The translations under genes were made by a program, and so were the position numbers. Of a stretch of 64,000 nucleotides of DNA, positions 55,142 to 64,000 are shown one piece after another. Numbering within the stretch: position 1 is the stretch's first letter; each line of letters begins with the position of its first letter. This stretch comes from Lama guanicoe. Its lineage: Eukaryota. The stretch spans positions 13,692,373 to 13,756,372 of the forward strand of contig MU053881.1 in the NCBI GenBank assembly GCA_013239625.1, written 5' to 3'. A model generated the notes under the pieces. It had not been told where the DNA came from, searched no databases, and saw nothing but the letters and a program-made list of their open reading frames with translations.

Positions 55142-58100
55142 GGTGTGGATAATGTAGGTGTAGCTAGACGTCAGAATAAGGATAAGGACATGTAGAGCAG
55201 AAATTAAGGTGCCAGAATTAAGACCAAGCTTGTCTTAACTGTTGTAAGTAGAGCATGTATCAGTCCACTATCAAAAGAGTAAGATTCACAGATTAAATCA
55301 AGAACTAACCCAATAAAATGTTATTTATTAGAAATACGTCTAAAGTAAAGGTATGGGAAAATATTCTACATAAAGTCACAGGCAAAAACGAACGAGGTAA
55401 ACACAAATCCAAGGAAAACTGAAGATTGAATATTATTACTATATAAGAATGAATTGAAGTTAAAAAAATATTGACTGAGAAGTATTTTATTATTACAATC
55501 CAGAACAAAGATATAATCATTGGTCAGTAATTCATATATGATTCATCAAATTAAAATTGAAATAGTATCCAAATAAATCTAAATGATTGGAAATAAAAAA
55601 AGAAAATGACAGAAACATTACCTAAATAGTATATTTAATAAAGTTTATTGTGTAAACTCATTTTTATATGACTTATGTACACTTCATGTAATTTTTATCA
55701 TGTAGATATGATAAAAATTAATTTGAAGAACATTTGGAAAATAATAGCAACTTAAAATACTACAGGATTAATTCTAAAGGATGTGGTTAAAATAGTATAG
55801 AAAGTTTTAGTCTCAAACACATCTTTAGAAAGGAATTTTAAAAAGGAAATATAATGTACAGCTCAAGAAGTTAACAAAAGAGCGACAAAATATCTAAAAG
55901 GAGTAGAAGGAAGTCATTAAGATAAATTATAAGTTAGCAAATTAGAACATCAAAACAAAGTATTTTACAAAAAAAGTCAGTTCTTTTTTTTAAAAAAAAT
56001 TGAGTAAAATAGGGAAATAATTGACCAAGGAAAAGACTATTAAAGAAGCAAAGAGGGAGCCAGTACGGATACACCAAAATAGAAATGTATTTAAATCATA
56101 ACAATTACATAGAAAGATGAAATTAAAGGAAAACTACACAACTATGTTAGAAAATGTAGTTAAAATACATGCCATCCTTAGAAAATATAAGTTAGCAAAC
56201 CTGCCCCTAGGAGACTGAGAAGACAAAAGTAGATTAATTACCAAAGATGAAACTAAGAAAATTGACAGAGAAATTAACTCCCACTCCAAAGGGTCCGCTG
56301 GTCTGGAAAGTTACAACCATAAATGCTGTCAAACAGTAAAAAGCAGGTCCCTTCCATTGGTATTTAAACTTCAGGCAATCCCAGCAGGAAAAAGAGAAAA
56401 CTTCTAAATGATTTAGAAAGTAGTATAACGTAAATAACGTGCTAAAACCGTATCTGGAAAAAAAAAAAGCATATAAAGGAAACTGGATTCACGTCACTAA
56501 TGAGTATCAGTGGAGGAAAGAATAATCCTTAAATTACCTTGTCACATTGAATCCAGAGAATAGTACAAGCAATTGCATACAACATAACCACAGAGTATCA
56601 TTTCAAAATAAAATTGTGATATTATAGTACGTTGACCAAGTGAAAAGTTTTACATCCTTTTAATAGATACCGAAAGGTTTTCAAGGGTATCTGTTGAATT
56701 CAGTGTTCATTCTCAGTTAAAAATTTAAAATCCCTTAGGAAATTGGGAAGCGATGGCTGTTTCCCTGCTATGGTTTCTCTATTTTTCTCTCTAACCAAAG
56801 ACTGTCTCGTACCTCTTGTCCAAGCGTGAGACAGCAAAGGCAGGAACAAGAAATCGATGCTCACTGTCACTGCAATTATTTAACTTCTTCAACATTATTA
56901 GCCCTTGAAATTACATGAGAGCAAGTAAGAAATGCTGGGAAAAAATTTTCACTCTTAGCAAAAAAAAAAAAAAATTGTCTTATCCAAAATCTGAGAGAAT
57001 TAACTGGGCAAAACTTAAAAATCATAGAAGTTGGGGACGTTCCATAGCTTTTCTATGTGAATAGTGTATAGACAACAATAAAAAATATAACGAAAGGGAA
57101 GAAAAGCGCCCTTTTTACCAATAATAAGCATTTAATGAAAGAAAACTTTTTTTAAAAAAAGAAAAACTTTTTTTTTAAGAAAGATCACATTTTAAAGGAA
57201 TTGGTTCTTCATAAAATATTCTATGAGTTTAGTGTAATCTCATTGGTTGACCAACTGGCTTCATTTGGAGTTGGGGTGTTTTTTAGTGGTTTATTTTAGA
57301 AATCTGAAGCAGTAATTCTATGGTTTGTTTGAAAGAAAAAAAATATGTAGGGAGAATCAGAAAAATGAAAAATAATAAGAAAAGAATAGCTCTACTGGAA
57401 GTTTGAATAAATCATAAAACCCCAGAGATTAATGTTGTAGAGCGCTGCGTCAGTGCTCTTTAAATCTAAAGAGAGTAGAAGCTGACTTAGAAATACAATA
57501 AAATTAAGTTCTTAATAGAAGTATCATTCCATATCATGGGGAACATGTGAATTATTTAAAACAGCAGTGACCACCAGATGACCATTTGGGAATATTTACA
57601 TGTAGTACCATGTATCTAACCCAATTCTTCTTCCGGATTAAATTCTAGAGGCATCAAGAATCTAATTTTTCTTTTAAGATGAAAGGGCAGAAAACTCATA
57701 TATAACCATTTAATAAACATGGATAAGGTAAAGCAAGGCAGAAAATCTAGAATCCAGAAAAGGAGGTTAATATATTTGACCTTGTAAAAGTGTTCATTGT
57801 TTATGTTTTTCTTTCCCTCTTACCATTCTTACCAGGCAAACCTTTCCTTTTAAAAAAGTGAACTTTAAAAAAACAAATTCTTCCCAATTACATTTGTAAA
57901 GCACATGATTATTTTCACTTACATAAAAGTTTAAAGAAGTAAAAAGTGAAAACCATCTGAAACTCACAACAATATATTATAATTCTCATATATCTATTAC
58001 ATCTTTGTGTTTCTATATGCACAGATCCTTTTCCTCACTCTCCCTTCAGCAATATTGATTATTGATTGCTCTTTGTAATTTATTATGGGTGTATCTCATT

Positions 58101-58784
58101 TTAACTTGTATTCCTCACATTTTTTAAACAACTGAGTAACTTTTCCTATGTTTATTTGCTATTTGAATTGGCTTCCCTGCAAATTGATTGTGGTTATTCT
58201 TACCCATTTTTCTAGAGCTCGAAGGATAAGACATAATTTTTACCATTTATTAGTATGTGTGCATTTCAGATATTTAGCCTAAGCTCTCATGCATGCCATA
58301 CCAAGTTTTTATTTTTCTATCATCTACTTATTTGTACTTTTGTGATTTCTGGGTTTTCTAGAATGGATAAAAATTCCTGTGGAATCTCTAGGTTGGGCAT
58401 ATGGTCTTCTGAATTTTTCTGAAAGTTTTTTTCTTTTTATACTTAATTCCTTGTTTCATGTTTTTCTTTTAATCCATCCTGAATAATATATTAATAGCAA
58501 TACAAGATAATGGTCAGCTTTATATTTTTCCCAGGCACAAAATCAACAGTGCAAGTGTTATTATATTATTTTGTTTTTTTAATCTGTTCTCCCCTTGGTT
58601 ACATTTGGAGGATGGGATGGTAGGAATAATTCTCTTTTTTCACTTTATATCTTTCTGTAGTATTTGAACTGTTAACAATGAGTGTATGTTACTTTTAGAA
58701 TTTAAGAACGCGCATATGTGTGTGTGTGTATACATACTCCCATCTGATTTGCCGCTGTGATCCTATGATCCTTCTGTTACATTC

Positions 58785-58812
58785 TCACACACACACACAC
58801 ACACACACACAC
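58785..58812. repeat. (CA)n microsatellite
   Basis: Perfect CA run visible. Confidence 0.95.
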
Positions 58813-59714
58813 CCATACACCTTAATCCTATCCCTTCCACACCCACACACACAAACCACACATGGCACAATTCCTACTTTTCCCAATGCTTCATGTATTA
58901 CTTAACCAGAATAACCCAAAGTAATTACATGTAAATAGCACATGCTCATTTCTGATAATGACTGCTTTTATTATATTCTAATAGTAATTACTGTCGGAAA
59001 GGAAAAAAGGGAGGGAAGAAGAAAGAAAGGGAGAGAATGGTGTGAGCAGTAACTGCTGCCAAGCCCATGCTGTCCAGCTTTCTTGTAGATGTTGTCACCA
59101 GCGATTCAAGATTCCAATGACAGTTAGACAGAGACCTCTAATATTTTTACAAACCTTGGACGTACCTGTAGCAACACTGCTCAATTTCCTACAGATATGG
59201 TTCCTCATAAAAAAAAAAAAACTTAATTCTCTGAAGTTTCAGTGCTGATAGCTAAGCCCTATTTGTAATATCAGAAAAGTCAACTTGCCTTGTAAAATAA
59301 AAATCTTACCTTAAAAATCATTTGGTTCTAGAATGTCTACTGAGCATTCTGGCCTGAAATGCATGCGTTCCATAGCCTACTTTCAATTAAACCTATTATC
59401 ATTTATTTCTACAAAAATGACTTACTAATTTAAAATTTACAGACACTTGCACAGAGTATGTATCATGCTCTGGTTAAAAACCATTTTCTTTAACAACTTC
59501 CCATTTGAAAAAACTGTGGAAAATGTTTATAAAGAAAAATACTGTAAAATAATTTCCTGGTTTAGGAACAACTAAAAGTACTTTAGATCCAACTTTTATT
59601 CTAAAACTGACTCATCTGAAAAGATCTATTTCTTATATTAAATAAATGAGGATGTAAATTAAATAAGCTGCAAAGTAAGTGGTAAATAACCAAGCAGGCC
59701 AGTCCATTAGATTA

Positions 59715-59925
59715 TAATAATATTGTGCCCTGCTGTAGTATTTATACTTTTTCAGTCTTATGAGACCTCATTTAATTATCTCAAAAACCACCACAAGTAT
59801 AGCGGGCAGATGTAATCCCCATTTTATAGATGAGAAAATGTAGCAGACACCTAGGAAGTCATCAGGGATAAAATTCCCCAGGACTAAAGCCCCTTGAATC
59901 TTCCCACCATGTTCTTTTCTGCTGC
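59715..59925 (-). mobile_element. Degenerate MIR
   Basis: ctcatttaattatctcaaaaacc...atccccattttatagatgagaaaatg. Confidence 0.65.
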
Positions 59926-60356
59926 CCGGTCAGTTTCTCTGGGAAGCTCTTCTGGTAACAGTGAACTTGGTCACCTCCTGTCCTGTAAGGAGGCGAAAAC
60001 TTACTATGACTCATTTCTCTTCAATTAGGCATTTGCCTAGAATGGGGATCACAGGCAAGGAATTAAATTTTGAAAATATACTTATTCTGTCAGTATACAC
60101 AGGTCACTATGTACACTAAATAAAACTTAACAAACAGCATAAAAAGTTCCTAGGTGATACATTGTGGTTTTTCAAAGCATGCGTAATACTTTGTCTCTGG
60201 TTCGGATCCCCTTCTAGAACGTGAAATATTACGCCACTCACGTATGTTACATGTTGTTGTGTCAATACTGGGAATCTAACCCACTTTGCAGTGAGTTATT
60301 TACAGTCTTTCAAGAGCAAAGTGCACTAGTGTTCAATTTTAAGGCAAAGATTCACC

Positions 60357-63300
60357 TTTTATTTTTATTTTTTTTTTACATTTTTTATTCATTCATAATC
60401 ATTTTACAGTGTTGTGTCAAATTCCAGTGTTCAGCACAATTTTTCACTCATTCATGGACATATACACACTCATTGTCACATTTTTTTCTCTGTGATTTAT
60501 CATAACATTTTGTGTATATTTCCCTGTGCTATACAGTGTAATCTTGTTTATCTATTCTACAATTTTGAAATCCCATTCTATCCCTTCCCACCCTCTACCC
60601 CCCCCCCCCGTAACCACAAGTCTGTATTCTCTGTCCATGAGTCTATTTCTGTCCTGTATTTATGCTTTATTTTTGTTTGTTTTTGTTTTTTAGATTCCAC
60701 ATATGAGCGATCTCATATGGTATTTTTCTTTCTCTTTCTGGCTTACTTCACTTAGAATGACATTCTCTAGGATCATCCATGTTGCTGCAAATGGCATTAT
60801 GTTGTCGGTTTTTATGGCTGAGTAGTATTCCATTGTATAAATATACCACATCTTCTTTATCCAGTCACCTGTTGATGGACATTTAGGTTGTTTCCATGTT
60901 TTGGCTATTGTAAATAGTGCTGCTATGAACATTGGGGTGCAGGTGTCATCCTGAAGTAGATTTCCTTCTGGATACAAGCCCAGGAGTGGGATTCCTGGGT
61001 CATATGGTAAGTCTATTCCTAGTCTTTTGAGGAATCTCCACACTGTTTTCCATAGTGGCTGCACCAAACTGCATTCCCACCAGCAGTGTAGGAGGGTTCC
61101 CCTTTCTCCACAGCCTCTCCAGCATTTGTCATTTTTGGATTTTTGAATGACGGCCATTCTGACTGGTGTGAGGTGATACCTCATTGTAGTTTTGATTTGC
61201 ATTTCTCTGATAATTAGTGATATTGAACATTTTTTCATGTGCTTTTTGATCATTTGTATGTCTTCCTTGGAGAATTGCTTGTTTAGGTCTTCTGCCCATT
61301 TTTGGATTGGGTTGTTTATTTTTTTCTTATTGAGTCGTATGAGCTGCTTATATATTTTGGAGATCAAGCCTTTGTCGGTTTCACTTGCAAAAATTTTCTC
61401 CCATTCCGTAGGTTTTCTTCTTGTTTTATTTCTGGTTTCCTTTGCTCTGCAGAAGCTTGTAAGTTTCATTAGGTCCCATTTGTTTATTCTTGCTTTTATT
61501 TCTTCTAGGAGAAAATTTTTGAAATGTATGTCAGATAATGTTTTGCCTATGTTTTCCTCTAGGAGGTTTATTGTATCTTGTCTTATGTTTAAGTCTTTAA
61601 TCCATTTTGAGTTGATTTTTGTATATGGTGTAAGGGTGTGTTCTAGCTTCATTGTTTTACATGCTGCTGTCCAGTTTTCCCAACACCATTTGCTGAAGAG
61701 ACTGTCTTTATTCCATTGTATATTCTTGCCTCCTTTGTCGAAGATGAGTTGACCAAAAGTTTGTGGGTTCATTTCTGGGCTCTCTATTCTGTTCCATTGG
61801 TCTATATGTCTGTTTTGGTACCAATACCATGCTGTCTTGATGACTGTAGCTCTATAGTATTGTCTGAAGTCTGGGAGAGTTATTCCTCCAGCCTCTTTCT
61901 TTCTCTTCAGTAATGCTTTAGCAATTCTAGGTCTTTGATGGTTCCATATAAATTTTATTATGATTTGTTCTAGTTCTGTGAAATATGTCCTGGGTAATTG
62001 GATAGGGATTGCATTAAATCTGTAGATTGCCTTGGGCAGTGTGACCATTTTAACAATATTGATTCTTCCAATCCAAGAGCATGGAATATCTTTCCATTTT
62101 TTAAAGTCTTCTTTAATTTCCTTCATCAATGGTTTATAGTTTTCTGTGTATAATTCTTTCACCTCCTTGGTTAGATTTATTCCCAGATATTTTATTACTT
62201 TGGGTGCTATTTTAAAGGGGATTGTTTCTTTACTTTCTTTTTCTGTTGATTTATCGTTAGTGTAAAGAAAGGCAACTGATTTTTGAACATTAATTTTGTA
62301 ACCTGCTACCTTGCTGAATTCTTCGATCAGCTCTAGTAGCTTTTTTGTGGACCTTTTAGGGTTTTCTATATATAGTAACATGTCGTCAGCATATAATGAC
62401 ACTTTTACCTCTTCTTTTCCAATTTGGATCCCTTTTATTTCTTTCTCTTGCCTGATTGCTGTGGCTAGGACTTCCAGGACTATATTGAATAGGAGTGGTG
62501 ATAGTGGGCATCCTTGTCTTGTCCCAGATTTTAGTGGGAAGCTTTTGAGTTTTTCACCGTTGAGAACTATGCTGGCTATAGGTTTGTCATATATAGCTTT
62601 TATTATGTTGAGATATGTTCCCTCTATACCCACTTTGGCGAGAGTTTTTATCATAAATGGGTGTTGAATTTTATCAAATGCTTTTTCTGCATCGATTGAG
62701 ATGATCATGTGGTTTTTGTCCTTTCTCTTGTTGATGTGATGTATTACATTGATTGATTTGCGTATGTTGAACCAGCCTTGTGTCCCTGGGATGAACCCCA
62801 CTTGGTCATGATGTATAATCTTTTTTATGTGTTGTTGGATTCTATTTGCTAAAATTTTGGTGAGGATTTTGGCGTCTATGTTCATCAGTGATATTGGCCT
62901 ATAATTCTCTTTTTTTGTAGTGTCTTTGCCTGGTTTTGGTATCAGGGTGATGGTGGCTTCATAGAATGAGTTTGGGAGTATTCCCTCCTTTTCAATCGTC
63001 TGGAAGAGTTTGAGAAGGACTGGTATGAGTTCTTCTTTGTATGTTTGGTAGAATTCCCCGGTGAAGCCGTCCGGTCCTGGACTTTTATTTGTAGGGAGGT
63101 TTTTAATTGCTATTTCTATTTCCTTTCTAGTGATCGGATTGTTCAAGTGTTCAGTTTCTTCTTGATTCAGTTTTGGTGGACAGTATGTTTCCAGAAACTT
63201 GTCCATCTCCTCTAGGTTATCCAGTTTGGTTCCATATAGTTTTTCATAATATTCTCGTATGATATTCTGTATTTCTATTTTGTTTGTTGTAATTTCTCCA

Positions 63301-64000
63301 TTTTCCTTTCTTATTTTGCTAATTTGTGCTCTCTCTTTTTTCTTCTTTGTGAGTTTGGCCAGAGGTTTGTCGATTTTATTTACTTTTTCAAAAAACCAGC
63401 TTTTGGTTTGGTTGATTTTTTCTATGGTCTTGTTAATCTCTATTGTATTTAATTCCTCTCTGATCTTTATTATTTCCTTCCTTCTGCTGCTTTTTGGGGC
63501 TTTTTGTTCTTCTTTTTCTAATTGATTCAGGTGGTGGGTTAACTTGTTTATTTGAGATTGTTCTTCTTTTTTGAGGAAGGCCTGTATCGCTATAAACTTC
63601 CCTCTTAGCACTGCCTTTGCTGTGTCCCATAGGTTTTGAGTGGTTGTGCTTTCATTATCATTTGTCTCAAGGTATTTTTTAATTTCAGCTTTGATTTCCT
63701 CATTGATCCATTGTTTTTTCAATAACATATTGTTTAATCTCCATGCTTTTCTTTTTTTCTCCTTTGTTTCTCTGTTGTTGATTTCCAGTTTCATGGCATT
63801 GTGGTCAGTAAAGATGCTTGAGATAATTTCTATCTTCTTAAATTTGTTGAGGTTTCTTTTGTGTCCAAGTACATGATCGATCCTGGAAAATGTTCCATGT
63901 GCACTTGAAAAGAATGTATATTCTATTTTTGGGGGGTGTAATGCTCTGAAAATATCCACCAAGTCTAGTTTTTCTATTGTAGTATTTAATTTCTCTGTTG
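60357..64000 (-). mobile_element. Young LINE-1 element (3' UTR, poly(A) tail and most of ORF2); 5' part beyond the window edge
   Basis: T-rich tail at about 60357-60378, 3' UTR with C-tract (G-rich on the element strand) to 60689, then uninterrupted ORF2. Confidence 0.98.
60690..63998 (-). CDS. LINE-1 ORF2p (endonuclease C-terminal part, reverse transcriptase, C-terminal Cys-rich region), 5'-incomplete in window
   Basis: 1090-aa ORF plus 12 further open codons ([12 protein letters not shown]) to the edge. Motifs: FSRIDH and TDHN (EN); [38 protein letters not shown] (RT); CWRGC...HCWWEC. Confidence 0.97.
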   Translation of the reverse strand, partial: TEKLNTTIEKLDLVDIFRALHPPKIEYTFFSSAHGTFSRIDHVLGHKRNLNKFKKIEIISSIFTDHNAMKLEINNRETKEKKRKAWRLNNMLLKKQWINEEIKAEIKKYLETNDNESTTTQNLWDTAKAVLRGKFIAIQAFLKKEEQSQINKLTHHLNQLEKEEQKAPKSSRRKEIIKIREELNTIEINKTIEKINQTKSWFFEKVNKIDKPLAKLTKKKKERAQISKIRKENGEITTNKIEIQNIIREYYEKLYGTKLDNLEEMDKFLETYCPPKLNQEETEHLNNPITRKEIEIAIKNLPTNKSPGPDGFTGEFYQTYKEELIPVLLKLFQTIEKEGILPNSFYEATITLIPKPGKDTTKKENYRPISLMNIDAKILTKILANRIQQHIKKIIHHDQVGFIPGTQGWFNIRKSINVIHHINKRKDKNHMIISIDAEKAFDKIQHPFMIKTLAKVGIEGTYLNIIKAIYDKPIASIVLNGEKLKSFPLKSGTRQGCPLSPLLFNIVLEVLATAIRQEKEIKGIQIGKEEVKVSLYADDMLLYIENPKRSTKKLLELIEEFSKVAGYKINVQKSVAFLYTNDKSTEKESKETIPFKIAPKVIKYLGINLTKEVKELYTENYKPLMKEIKEDFKKWKDIPCSWIGRINIVKMVTLPKAIYRFNAIPIQLPRTYFTELEQIIIKFIWNHQRPRIAKALLKRKKEAGGITLPDFRQYYRATVIKTAWYWYQNRHIDQWNRIESPEMNPQTFGQLIFDKGGKNIQWNKDSLFSKWCWENWTAACKTMKLEHTLTPYTKINSKWIKDLNIRQDTINLLEENIGKTLSDIHFKNFLLEEIKARINKWDLMKLTSFCRAKETRNKTRRKPTEWEKIFASETDKGLISKIYKQLIRLNKKKINNPIQKWAEDLNKQFSKEDIQMIKKHMKKCSISLIIREMQIKTTMRYHLTPVRMAVIQKSKNDKCWRGCGERGTLLHCWWECSLVQPLWKTVWRFLKRLGIDLPYDPGIPLLGLYPEGNLLQDDTCTPMFIAALFTIAKTWKQPKCPSTGDWIKKMWYIYTMEYYSAIKTDNIMPFAATWMILENVILSEVSQKEKEKYHMRSLICGI

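Larger units (their letters stand above)
52570..57800 (+). mobile_element. Very old, heavily decayed L1 (ORF1/ORF2-region relic) in sense orientation, with nested younger insertions
   Basis: About 5 kb of strongly A-rich + strand with ordered ORF2-like remnants: atccttagaaaatataagttagcaaacctg (FLEKYxLxKL), ggtctggaaagttac...tgtcaaacagtaaa (PDGF..YQTFK region), atagataccgaaaggtttt (IDAEKAF), aaaggcaggaacaaga (SGTRQ region). Confidence 0.6.

Noticed and set aside
61192..63876. Several + strand ORFs of 65-186 aa, rich in Phe/Leu/Ser/Ile
   Set aside because: Antisense shadows of the A-rich L1 ORF2.

Overview
Mammalian genomic DNA, most likely a camelid (two Vic-1-like tRNA-Ala-derived SINEs). 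The window lies inside the GABA-A receptor beta-2 subunit gene GABRB2 on the + strand. Four exons are readable with canonical AG/GT borders. Three are constitutive (39827-39964, 41784-41936, 45131-45375; ligand-binding loops through TM3) and one is the 114-nt cassette exon of the long beta2L isoform (49800-49913). No upstream exon and no terminal TM4 exon were found in the window. The rest is intron filled with L1, L2, MIR, MaLR and DNA-transposon relics. Highlights: (1) the beta2L cassette exon is, codon for codon, the antisense strand of an ancient CR1/L3-type LINE reverse-transcriptase core, and its splice signals come from that RT sequence; (2) a 350-bp TSD-flanked element joins an L1 5' end directly to an L1 3' end, possibly by splicing; (3) a young antisense L1 has an ORF2 uninterrupted for more than 1100 codons, running off the window edge. 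Repeat family names and boundaries are recognised by eye and approximate; no database search was run.
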